Assembly: GCF_006345805.1 (NCBI RefSeq)
Contig: NC_042998.1
Location: forward strand, 130,014,001 to 130,078,000
Direction: 5' to 3'
DNA length: 64,000 nt
Origin: Octopus sinensis
Lineage: Eukaryota
Shown: positions 51,801-64,000 of the stretch, piece by piece
Layout of the letters: each line of letters starts with the position of its first letter
Position numbering within the stretch: the stretch's first letter is position 1
Notes under the pieces: generated by a model
Databases searched by the model: none
Seen by the model: only the letters and a program-made list of their open reading frames with translations
What the model was told of the DNA's origin: nothing
Translations under genes and position numbers: made by a program

Positions 51801-53429
51801 CACTGGCGAAAATAAATTTAAGACCGATGATAAAAGTTATATTTCTTACAAAATATTTTGTTACTAACACCATACAAATTATTTTTATCTTTTATACCTT
51901 ATGCAGAATTTATTTCTCTTTCGAATGATGCAGACGATAACTATTTTTATACAACTTGAAGAATTCTAATGCTAGATTAATATAAACGTTTCAAATTTAC
52001 CAGCAAAATTAGTTTAAGACCGTATCATTATAATTTTATTTAAAGCTTAAGATTGTAGCAAAAATGAGCAACAAGAACGAAATACATAGTAGTACTTTGT
52101 GTCGTAGCCTTTATTCTTAATAACGGCTGAACAACGCCTCGGCATTGAATTCACTAAGTGATTACAAATTCTGTGGGAGTATGTTGCCATATTTTATTGA
52201 TATAATCGAATAATTGTTTTAGATTAGATGGTTTTTTAGCATGGACTATTTTTGGAAACATAATTCCACAAGTTCTCGATCGGATTCAGGTCCGGGCTCT
52301 GGGGAGGCCATTCGATTACGTCAATATTATGGTGATCAAAAAATTCCGTAACTGTGTTGGCTTCGTTCACAGGACTATTGTCCTGCTGATAAATAGCCCC
52401 CGGAGGCATTTGGTGAGTCAAATATGGCACAACATTATCCTTTAGTAGATTCATATAACCTACACTATTTAGCTTTCCATCAACTAGAGGGCCAACACTA
52501 AGGCTTCTAAATGCCGCCCACACCATCACACCCCACCCCCGCTTGCACCGTCTTTTGCACCCATTTTGGATGGAACTCCTCGGTTGGGCGATGTCTGACG
52601 TATGTTTTACCATCTGATCCATATATACAGAAGCGTGACTCGTCACGCCAAAGGACCCTGCACTAATCTTCGGCAGTCCATTGAACATGGCTTTTTGCGA
52701 AATTAAGGCGTTTGAGTCGATTTCTTTCGGATATTATTGACTTTTTCCTAGCGATTCGTCCATGTAGTCCGAATTCTCTCAAACATTTGCGGACGGATTG
52801 TGGTATAAAAATAACACCATTCTCGTTGCACACTTGTTTACAAATGTCAACGGCTGTCGGCATGCGGTTGCCTACCGAAAGTCGGTGGATTCGACGGTCC
52901 AACTGCGCTGACATTTGGCTTGGGGCGCCAGCCCTTTGCCGAACTCTATATTGACCTCTCTCCGAGTATCACTTCCACGTTTGCACGCAAGCCGTTTTAC
53001 TGCACTTTAGTTGCTTGCTGATGTTCGAAAAATAAATTTTTTGCTGGTGGAGTAATACGATTTTTGCTCTCGTGACTGAATTGAGGCTTTGTTGTTTTCC
53101 CATTATTAATCAATTGTATAATAACGTTAGATTATAACATTATATAGTGCAGTTAGACTAGCTGTGCGACCACCCATTTTGGCAAAACAAATTGCATACA
53201 TATTACATGGTCTTAAACTAATTTTGCCGGTAAATTTGAAACGTTTATATTAATTTAGCATTAGAATTCTTCAAGTTGTATAAACATAGTTATTGTCTGC
53301 ATTCTTCGAAAGAGAAATAAATTCTGCTTAAGGTGTAATAGGTAAGAATAATTTGTATGGTGTTAGTAACAAAATATTTTGTAAGAAATAGAACTTTTAT
53401 CATCGGTTTTAAATTTATTTTCGCCAGTG
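51801..53429 (-). mobile_element. Full-length Tc1-family transposon with about 220-bp IR/DR-type TIRs
   Basis: TIRs 51801-52021 / 53209-53429 (cactggcgaaaat...); each arm has a repeat ending tttaagacc at both ends; TA on the right flank. Confidence 0.92.
52090..53103 (-). pseudogene. Inactive Tc1 DD34E transposase
   Basis: MGKQQSL..., GLHGRIARKK..KRLNFAKSH, VMVWAAF, YQQDNSP, WPPQSPDLNPIENLW, GYDTKY; frameshifts. Confidence 0.9.
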
Positions 53430-54528
53430 TAAATGTGAACCAAGTCTAGATCTTTAGAGCCAAAACAAATATTTAAAAGTTAAGAAAGCTATTAATAAAT
53501 AATTATTATACCTTACTAAGCTTCTCTGAGATCCAGACTTCCATTGTAAGTGAAGCAGAATATAAATAAATAATGAGATATTGGTTTGCAAGAAATTATT
53601 CCAAGAAAAGTTGCCTTATTATCTAAGACAGCGCTTACTTGTATTAATATTTGCAGTACGTAGATACTAATGTTACAGAATTAGAGACTCCTTTCTGGTT
53701 TTCAATTTCGTGTCAGTGATAAAAAAATATTCAGTGAGAGAAAGCTTATAGATATATTATATTTCAAATCTGATATGATACAATTGTGTGATTTTGTTGA
53801 AATTGTAGTCAATAGTATTATATGAAAGTCTCCAATAGAAATAAGCTTAACTTCTGGAAAGGATTTATGATAAATATTGGTAATATCAACGGCAAATATG
53901 ATGGCAGTATATTCTTACTTCCACAAATTGATGAACCAATGCGAATATTAATAACCAAATTTGGTGTCGAAATATTACGGAAAAAATTTAGAAGAAAAGT
54001 TGTGACCACCTTTTAGAAAATATTTATTGTTTATAGGTAGTTTCAAAAAACCTTATATACATGCATACATACATACATACATATATACATACATACATGT
54101 GTGTGTGTGTACATCAATTTTGAAGGAAAATAGTATTCTTTCATTTTTCTCTTAGCAACTCAAAAGGCTTGTTATTCAAATATCTCGATCTAATTTAGTA
54201 TATAAAATACAACAGGGTTTTATTGGATAGTTTCTAATAAGTAATGATTAATATTGTATCTTATAAATACAGATTAATGTTGTCTCGGATTATTGAGGAT
54301 TAATGTCGCCAGTATCTTATACGTAGTGCTTCGTTCTCTGCATTCAAAAGAAAATATCATTTTGGGGAAGAAGACAATTCCCCTTTAATCTTCCACTACG
54401 TATATAATTACATATACAAACATAATCAGTCGCATACGCATATACAAAGCAGACATGTATATATGTGTGTACATGTGTGTGTGGTGGGGTGTGCTTATAT
54501 GTATATATATATAAATAGGAACAAATAT

Positions 54529-54559
<31 letters not shown>

Positions 54560-54853
54560 CTCAAAATAAGCAACAAGGATATCCAGAGGTAATGCAGTTC
54601 GATCGTTTCATGCGATTCCATTTAATTGAACAATGAAAACATTACGTCAATTTAAAATGTAGTTCAATCTTCAGCTGCACAAAAATATAGAATTTAATTA
54701 AATTCGAAGGACTCATTAGTATAATTTTATTCAAAATCTCCAAGATTGCTCTACATTTTAAATTGATGTAATGTTTGCATTTTTCAATTAAATGGAGTCG
54801 CATGAAACGATCGTGTTGCATTACCTCTAGATATCATTGTTGCTTATTTTGAT
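54560..54853. mobile_element. MITE with about 110-bp TIRs and TA flanks
   Basis: tcaaaataagcaac..gatatc.agaggtaatgca..cgatcgtttcatgcga (54561-54670) is inverted at 54742-54852. Confidence 0.8.
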
Positions 54854-57800
54854 TATAATCATCATATTCTAAATTGTATGGATAATACCATACTAAATTC
54901 TGGTGCCTTCAACTTAAGTACCATATTCATCTGAATCTAAATTTTTTACTGAACTTTATATATATGGAATAATTACTATTAATAATTGTAAATATATCAT
55001 TTGCACTGAAAGTACTCATGTGCATGAATGAAGATACGAAACATTCGACCTCATATTATGTCCCCTCAAATCTGTGAATCTGTATCATCACGTTAACTGA
55101 GATTTTATTTCTAAATTTAGACAGATATTTTACGTGAAGCTTACAACTACCATCCTCATTTTTAGTAAACTTTCTGAACGTCCGTTCACTGTCATTACTA
55201 TTGTGATACGTTCGTTTAAATTTCGAAATTTGTATCAGCCACGTTGCCTTTGACAACGATCCACTGCAAACTCAAGTTGGTGAGAATGTCAATGGAATAT
55301 CTAGCGCCTCTAACCACGGCTCAAGTGCCTACGATCGCATCATGTGCATGTAGATTATCGAGAATAATTACAGTAAATAATTGCATTTTGTCATCTGTTA
55401 CCTTTTATATTATTAACCAAAGTTTTCTTGTCTTTTGTTTAAATAGTAAATTATTTTATATCTGATATTTATCGTATATTTTCCGTGTTTAAATATATCT
55501 TCTTATATATGACATCGCCAGATAATAATTGTTTTCTAAGGGCCAGGTTTGTTTTGAACTATCGCTGATGTTGGTTTTGCTGAGAGTACACTGTGCTGTT
55601 GCTTTTTGCAGATCTTGTATCACCAGCGGTATAATCAATATGTATCACAGGAAAGTTACTAAAAATGAATTTTATCTAGTTTCTGCAACATTTTATCTCT
55701 TTGTTTATTTGTATTCAACAAACATATTTCTTGCATATTACTTTATGTTAGTCTGTGCAACACATTGACCATATTGCGGGGAAACTTGTGCAGGGAAGGA
55801 TAGTGTTTATTGATGCCAACCTTATATTTATGTTAATATTTCCCCCTTAACTTCGTGTTATATTTCAACAAAGAATTGATTTTCATTTGATGAGTTTACG
55901 GTACGAATGGTTTTATAAAGCCATGTAAGGGCAATGTTGATCAGAAAATCATGCTTCAGTATGTAAACGATTGCATAATTAGAAGACAATGTGTTGTTCG
56001 ATCACATGTTAGTTTTAGTAGCAATGGCTCTCATAAATAACATCTCACAATCATTTAGAAAGCAGCACATTGAGCAAAATATGGAAAAACATGTACTGAT
56101 GGTATTGAAACACCTTTAATAAGTGACCTTGTTCGGGATTGTCCTCTATTTAAACAACAATCTTCATATTTGGTAAAAGTGAATGACTTATAAAGCGCTA
56201 CAAATAATTTTATGTATATTACATCAGATCGTAAGTTCAAAGGTCGATGGGAAGATATCCCATGTTTCATTGTCTCTTGGACGGATACACTAGTTTATAT
56301 TAAAATAAAGTTCCATGTTGTTCCCAATCTGTCACATGGATTTTCGTGCAGAAACTTTTCTCTGCTTTTATCAGTATCGCTGTCGCAGTCAATATAGATC
56401 TAAATAAATAGGTTGAAAAAAGGACAGATCCCCAATCTTAACCAATGCCAACATCGTGGCGTTACAGCTGTGAGTTCTTAGCTCGCAGTAATCTATTTAA
56501 ATCTTCCAAGATACCTTAAATAGGAAACGAAAATCCTATACTGATTACTAACTATGAAATACGAACCCAAATAATATCAAATGAACGGTGATTCAAGTAG
56601 TTGCTTTGCGAGATGGCTACTATGTGACGGTACATGTCGCGCTAAACGCATCACCATCAGAATTCCAAACGATGCTAAATTTATTACAAAATGGATGCAT
56701 GACTATGCATCAAGGAATTGTGCGAATTCAACTGCCATACATCATACACATTCACAAGTACAGCATCGACAATACAGAAGCTAAGTCGCATAAACACATA
56801 CACCATGCATAGAAGTAATACATATTGCCAAATGCAAGAAATATATCAGTCGAAATACAGAAGCTAAGTAAGTGGTTGTGAGTTTCTGTATATATGCCTG
56901 TATGTATGAGTATATATTTATTTAAAGGTAATATGTTTTTAATAGTCTAGTGTCAAAAATATTTAATTAGATAAAAGAGATAACGAGCATGAAATAGGAT
57001 CCTGTATGTTATATTTGTTTGCTTTTGTATTAATTCATTTCCTCTGGCACAGAAAAGCAGATGCTTCTCCTTTTTTTGTAGCAGGTTGTTGTCATTATCA
57101 TTTTATAGTTTTATTATTGTTCTTGTTGCTATTCTCATTATTCCTTTTCTTATCTAATTTTCGCACGGAGATCAACAATGTATTGCTGAAATATGCAAAT
57201 ATCGGCAAAAATATAATTTGTACAATCTGTATATCAATACATAAATATCTATACCAACACCTGCATGCTAATGTGCCTATATATATATGTGCATTATAAA
57301 GATATAATACATATATATGTATAATGCTAATCTGTTCACAAACATTTTTTCGTCAAAGTAGGCGTGCTTGTTTGTGAATAAGGAAGTGCGTACATATGTG
57401 AGCATGTTACTGTGTGTGCTTTTACATTTTTTGTGCAAGCGGGTGCATATAGCTACCATTTCCCCTCAACATTTTACGTCCTCAGGCAAGCTTTGAACTT
57501 CACTAATGAGATTTACGGAGACATATTTTTATTAGCTTGTAGCCAAAATTATCCTGCTATGTTTCTATGTAATTCAGACCTCCGACTGATATTATTTCGA
57601 CTGAAATATTTCTTGCATTTGGCAATATATCTATGTATTTTATATATTCAGTTGTTTGTTTCAAATGTATTTTTAATATTAATATTTTTTCTTAATTTTG
57701 GAAAATATAATACTATATTTCCGAAATATATTTTACATACACTTTTTTGAAAATACATCAATTCCTTATTTCTACATACGAAGCGTTATACTTTCTAGAA

Positions 57801-58250
57801 GAAGGAGAAAAACTGGAAGAAAATGAAACAATGAGTTGTGATATTTATGCCTTTCCAAAGAATTTTAGTTATAGATGGGTGTTTGTTGAATATATCTAGA
57901 ACTCTTTGGGAAAATATCAATTTCGTACCAGTGTTAAAAGAGATGTTCTGGCAGTGAAAAAAAGACAAATGTTGCTTCTGATATTTAAGCTGTTCCCAAG
58001 AACTTTATTTATGCATTTGAAAATATTTACATTTAAAAATATATAATATACCAATATATATAATATATTTCCTTGCAGGAGTTATCAAACTCTTACGTAG
58101 ATAGAAATTAAGATAACATTTTGGAAAAAAACGTATGTCTATCTACCCGTGTGTGTATCTTCACAAATAATCAGATTCACAAGCACAGAGACACGCAAGC
58201 ATATGTTCATATTCAAGCAAATATACATACTTACGCAAAGCTTACCATGC

Positions 58251-58281
<31 letters not shown>

Positions 58282-59096
58282 TGTATGTATGTATGTATGT
58301 ATATATGCATGTATGTATATAAATATGTATTTATGTATGTATATGAGGCTGTATGTATGTATGTATTTATGTAAATACGCATGTCATTATTCAGTTTTAT
58401 CTCAAGATTTCTTGCCAATGGAGTAAGAGCTGGTTTCTAAAACATCTAAGCACCATCATTGCGATTTCAATCACATCGACATGGTATTTTTGTATGTATG
58501 TATGCATGTATGTATGTATGTATGTATGTATGTATGTATGTATGTATGTATGTATGTATGTATGTATGTATGTACGTATGTATTTATGTATGTATGTATG
58601 TATGAATGTATGTATATGTGCAGATTTGTATGTTTTGTTTTTTGTATGTATTCTCATGCATATACTTTCATATCTAGACATGCTCATATATACTTGAATG
58701 ACAAACTTTTGGAAAGTTTTACAGATTTTTACAGTCACAGGCATAGCTTGGCTCTGTTGTCTTCGAATCAGCTTCCTCCTTTCAGCCTTTGAGAAGCCTA
58801 ATTTCTCAAGATTGGTATTTAGGCAGTGTGTTGCATATCCCAGTTCCCCAATAGTTACAGGTATAAACCTGAACTATTTATCTGGATAAAGTATCTATAG
58901 ATTCCTCAATAGTTCTAAGTGAGTGTTTTATTTTTTGCTGATCTTTAGCTGTATGTTATCATCTGCTGGGCATTTGATTTCCATGTATGTATGTATACAA
59001 TTTCTATGTATGTATGTATGTATGTATGTATGTATGTATGTATGTATGTATGTATGTATGTATGTATGTATGTATGTATGTGTGTATATAAACACA

Positions 59097-59134
<38 letters not shown>

Positions 59135-59165
59135 CACACACACACACACACACACACACCACACA

Positions 59166-59209
<44 letters not shown>

Positions 59210-59210
<1 letters not shown>

Positions 59211-60798
59211 GGGAAGAATTCACAAAATAAGAAAAGACGAAGACAGGTGGTGTAGACAACAAACAGATGTATTAGTATAACGCTCGGGAAGTGAAAAAAT
59301 CTTACATCCACACCTTAACTTCTCCTCCTCCCAACCTACCCACACCAAGCTCTCCATCCCATACTCACGACTCCTCCGGTCTGCGTCGGCTCTGTAGTGG
59401 CAACCATGACTTTGAGACACAGTCTCAAATTATGGTTCGCCATTTCATCCTTCGTGGATATCCACTCGCCACTATCCACACAGCCCTTGTCAGAGCATGT
59501 TCCGTGGACCGTGACTCTGCTCATTCCTCGCACCCACACCAACGTTGCCCGTCTGATGTTTCCCCTCACCTACCACACCTCCAATGCACCATTCTCCGAG
59601 CCTTCCTGCTACTCAAGTCCGACCACTCCACCTCGTACATTTTCCCCAACCTACTCCTTCTGCTCTTCAAACGAGTCCACAACCTGCGTGATCTCCTGGT
59701 CCACAGTTTCTTCCCTAACCCAACCTCCCAACCTGGCTTGTTCCCTTGCTACCTCACTTGCCACTACCTCTTCAACACCACCATCCTCACAGGCACCCAT
59801 CGTCATCCCTATCATATCACCGACTCCTTTATTTGCACTACTAGCAACGTCATTTACTGCATCTCCTGCTTTTTCTGCCAAATGGGATGCCGCTTGTCTG
59901 ACCGGTTCGCGGAGCACCTCCGAGACATCAGACGCGCCATTTCCGCACTACCGGTCACTCACTACAACACCTGTTTCTGTTCGGATTGTCTTTGCACAGG
60001 AACCATCCGGACTCCTGCCTTCGCCATGAACAGAAATTAATCTTCTCTCTTCGCTCCTTTGCACCACATTGGTTCAACTCCCCTCATCTCTTCATCTGAC
60101 TGCCCCTCACACCTCTCTTCATCTGACACCTACTTTTCTTCATTCCTACCTACCTCTCATCTCCTCTCTTCCGCTGACACCTGCTTCTTTTCTTCACTCT
60201 CAACCCACCTTTTCTTTTCATTGATAACATCCCACCCCCCACACACTTCCACATACCCCATCCTACACCCCCATACTACACCACTCCACACCCCCACACC
60301 AACACACCACCCACACCACTCCCCACATACTAGCATTGACCACTTCCTAGCACCCACATCATCTGCACATCCACACACCCTAATCCGCACACCACACACT
60401 TTCATCCGCACACCCACACATTACAGGCGCACATAATTACACACGCACACACCCACACGTCAAAGACACTATCCTCCATCCACAAACACACACACACATT
60501 CTCACATACACACACACGTACGCGCACCTTCCTTTTGGGACCACCAATACTTTCTTATCACCCTTTCTTTATATCTCTCCTCTCAAACTTTTTTCCCAAC
60601 CAGTCGCCATGTTTGATCGCAAAATGCAGAGTGTTTTTTTTTTATTCTCTCTCTCTTTATTTTCTCTCATTCCTTTCTGTTGAAGAGCGTAGACTCGAAA
60701 CGAAAAACACTTGCTCACTTTCTCGAGCGTCAAATTAATACACCTGCTTGTTGTTCATACACCTGTCTTTGTCTTTTGTTTTTCTGTAAATTTCAACT
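59210..60798 (+). mobile_element. 5'-truncated Penelope-like element: inverted partial pLTR + RT thumb/GIY-YIG remnant + 3' pLTR
   Basis: LNFSSSQPTHTKLSIPYS, LRRLCS, RGYP, FKRVHNLRDLLVHS, PGLFPC, CTTSNVIYCISC, RLSDRFAEHLRDI; inverted pLTR piece 59210-59303; pLTR about 60600-60798. Confidence 0.88.
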
Positions 60799-60989
60799 AT
60801 GTGTGTGTGTATGTGTGTGTGTATGTGTGTGTATGTGTGTATGTGTGTGTGTATGTGTGTGTATTATATATACAAGCAGGGCCTATAAATATTTGAAACT
60901 GATGATTCTCTACATCACATCTAATTTTTTTAGGTTACATATATGAAGTTCATGGATTGATAGAGTTACATATATGAAGTCCGCGGATT

Positions 60990-62620
60990 GATAGAGTGTT
61001 GTATCTATATATCTTTGCACCTTCCTTCTTGACTGTTCCTGGGTCAAAGAGACATGCAAAATCAACTGTATAACATATGTTATGCACCTTGTCCACCACC
61101 ACTAAATCCGGTTTCTTTGGATTGCGGAATCCCAGAGGATTTTGCTAGTCGCCGATTGTGTTACGCTCTGCGGTTTGTGCTCATACCACATCTTGCTTCC
61201 CTTTCGCCCCCTCTTTTCGTACAGGTTCTACCTGGTCGTTTCACCACAACTTGTGGATGCTTTTGGGCAAGTCTAGGGAATTCGTTCGTGCTACGATCAA
61301 TGGTTTCATCCACTCTATTGCAGATGTGGCACAGCGGAGACACTTGCTCATTCCTCAAGATGACCCTCCAGTTCGTTGTCAGAGCTTGGTCCTGCGCTGC
61401 CAGTATAGAGCTCTGGGTTTCTTTTTTTAGGGTTCCTTTCATCAGCCAATCCCAACTATCTTTTCCAGGAACTTTTGTTGTGGCTAAATGGAATTGATTG
61501 TGTAGTCCCTTCTTGTGAAGTTCTTCTCCATTTCCTTTTTGTGCTCCTTTCTTTGTTTTCCCTCTTTTTCTGTGCTCTCAATATTTCCTCGCTCCTAATT
61601 GTCACTAGCAAGGTTTCCTTACTCCGGGCTAGGTATCTCATTAAACTCTCGAGGTCGATACGCACACATTCTTCCACACTTTTCCATCCCCTTCCTTCAT
61701 TTGCTCTTCTCATGTGTAGGCGATCATTGTTTGCACGTAGATGCAGCGTTAGGAACTTTTTTGACTTCCTGTCCATCTCCTTTAGCTCCTCCTCTGCCCA
61801 GTCCAAGATTCCAGCGCCATTCCTAATTACTGCGAGTTTATTGCTGAAATTATACGTCTGGCATTCAACTTTGAAGATAATATTTTTCTCACTCGCTGCA
61901 GGTACTCTTTTTGGTCTTTTTCTTCCTGTCGAGGTGTTCGATTTCATCTGCCTCAAGTATTCCCAAATATTTATAGCTGGACTGAGGTTGAATTGCCTGC
62001 ATCATTTCACCACCTAGCAACCATATGCCTTCTGTCCTGGCAAGCGTTCCTCGTCTTATCACAATCATAGTACATTTTGAAAGTCCAAACTCCATCTTAA
62101 TATCAATTGGGAAAATCCGCACAGACTCGACTAGGCTGTCCAGTTTAGTCTCACTTTTTGTGAATAGCTTCAGGTCGTCCACGAATAGCAAGTGGTTTAG
62201 TTTTCCCTTACCTCTTCCCAGTTCACGCCCTAACTTTGTTTTCTGTAGTATTTCACTCAAGAGGATCATTCTCAGCACGAATATCAATGGGGACACACTG
62301 CTCCCTGGAAGATTCCTCTGTTAATTTTCACTTCTAGTACCTGCTTCACTGCTGTCAATTCCATTCTCCAGTATTTCATGTTATTCCTTATAAAGCTTCT
62401 CATATTCTCTGTTACTCCATACATTTCCATTATTTTTAATCATCCAGGGGTGTGCTATCATATCGTATGATTTGCGATAGTCAACCCATGCCATGCTCAA
62501 GCTTGTATGTCTTCTCTTGCAGTTCCTGATAATTAGATTATCAATTAAGAGCTGATCCTTCGTTCCCCGGCTCCTTTTTCGGCACTCTTTCTTCAGTGAC
62601 CTCAACAGCAGAAATGACTG
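60990..62620 (-). mobile_element. Decayed R4/Dong-type LINE
   Basis: [80 protein letters not shown]. Confidence 0.85.
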
Positions 62621-62679
62621 TCTAGTTACTCCATTTCATATGACATTGTGAAAGAAAGAATACTTTTAAATAATCTTAG

Positions 62680-63514
62680 ACTAAGGAGATGTGGCTCATG
62701 AAGAAATTCGTCTGAAGGCTCCAAAGCTCTTCGATGCCCGTACGAAAGTGTGCATATTTGTTGGTCCTCAGGTAAGTGTGAAGCCACGGAAACTTGAACC
62801 AAAATGATCCAAGTTCAAAAGGGATGTATATAGTGCATTTTGCGTAATTGTTCATGGATGTATGATGACTTATAAGCTGCCTAACTGCAAGGAAAATGGG
62901 GAGGTGCAACGCTATGAGAACAAAGTATTCTACTGTGTCTTTAAGATCGCATCTCCTGTATTCACATCCTGATCGTTTGTACGAAAACTTAGGTGACGTG
63001 AATGAGAGCATGGTGAATTGTTTTGCTCAAACATCACCACAATGGAGTAAATAATACAGAATCCATCAATAACGGAAGACTATATATGGTTTCTGGTTAG
63101 AAATGATTAGAAAAGAAAGCAATTGCAAAAAAAGTTCGATTTTAAGGAAACATTTAACTTCGAAAAATATTCCTTATTTTCTGCAATTGTCAATTATATG
63201 TTAGAAACATAATTTTTGAGCGAAGTATATAGTTCCGAATTTATTACTTATGCTCGTTGAAAATTTTTATTGAAAACGTTTGAGTAAATTAAACACGAAA
63301 TTGATTTATTATGCACTAACCTATGAGTCAAAATGACGCCAACACCTAGCCCAAGGCGAAATTTGTATTTTCTAATCGTTTAATACAAAAATAAAATTAA
63401 TTTCCGAAAACATTGACGACATGCGAAAACTAAAATGATTTTTAGATCAGCGCCCCAAAAAATGCGTATTAATACCAAAAAATTTTAGATAGCCAAAACA
63501 TGTGTTACATAGTG
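62680..63514 (+). mobile_element. 3' fragment of a Chapaev3-like (CMC superfamily) DNA transposon
   Basis: PKLFDARTKVCIFVGPQV and SLRSHLLYSHPDRLYENLGDV resemble PKLSEAKIKEGIFVGPQI and SLKIHFLHSHLDFFPENLG; terminus tgttacatagtg|tta. Family name assigned from memory. Confidence 0.6.
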
Positions 63515-64000
63515 TTATTTACAATTTATTTTCATCTCTGCATCATTGAAAACTTGATCTTTAAAATTCTCTCAGACGATATTCATTGAAATGATGGCTG
63601 GTAATTCTCTTCAACACTTTCTTTTAATTGTAGTTAATCTTCTTTTGAATGAAAATAAAATAAATAATCTCGAACGTGAGGTGTTATTCGCTTCCACCTA
63701 TTAATTAAAGGAAAGTGTAAGTGAACCTGTGAGAAAAAAACACATATTTCTACTTGGAAAAAAATGCCTATTTGAGCTATTTACAAAGGTAAAACTGAAG
63801 TTTTATAATTACAAATCCCTCAATTATGCCTTTATATTCTCATATCATTGCAAGTTTTATCGCTGACTTTATTGCTGTTGTTGTTGATGCTGAAGTTTTT
63901 ACTTTTAAGGTTGATGTAATTTTGATGCTGTTGTTGCTTTTGGCTGTCTAAGTTCTAATACACCTTGGATCGCACAGGTATATCATTCCAGTCATGAGTA

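Noticed and set aside
55220-55352. Short open frame VAFDNDPLQTQVGENVNG...
   Set aside because: No convincing splice signals or recognisable domain.
6761-60946. Dozens of ORFs rich in YI, HT, CV and MYVC repeats
   Set aside because: They are translations of (TA)n, (CA)n and (TACA)n microsatellites, which lack stop codons in several frames.

Overview
AT-rich animal genomic DNA, most likely cephalopod (octopus-like), judged from its abundant tRNA-derived SINEs and very dense (TA)n/(CA)n/(TACA)n/(TAA)n microsatellites. I find no intact cellular gene; most ORFs in the supplied track are microsatellite translations. The window is a transposon graveyard: three Penelope-like (PLE) relics, R4/Dong-type LINEs in (TAA)n, CR1 and other LINE fragments, a full-length mariner, a full-length IR/DR Tc1, a Chapaev3-like and a maT-like fragment, a non-autonomous Helitron, MITE/foldback elements and many SINEs. 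The main result is a set of at least four sequence-unrelated, non-coding elements. Each carries a type I hammerhead ribozyme motif, and nearly all copies have a 3' end running into a (TA)n microsatellite. Three show a tandem/circularly permuted monomer (362, 501 and 553 nt) and three carry a fold-back inverted copy. This fits a PLE-mobilised, microsatellite-targeting, retrozyme-like system. Head-to-tail SINE multimers with a recurrent junction inside a single TSD are a second notable pattern. All alignments and folds were done by eye, so coordinates of decayed elements are approximate.
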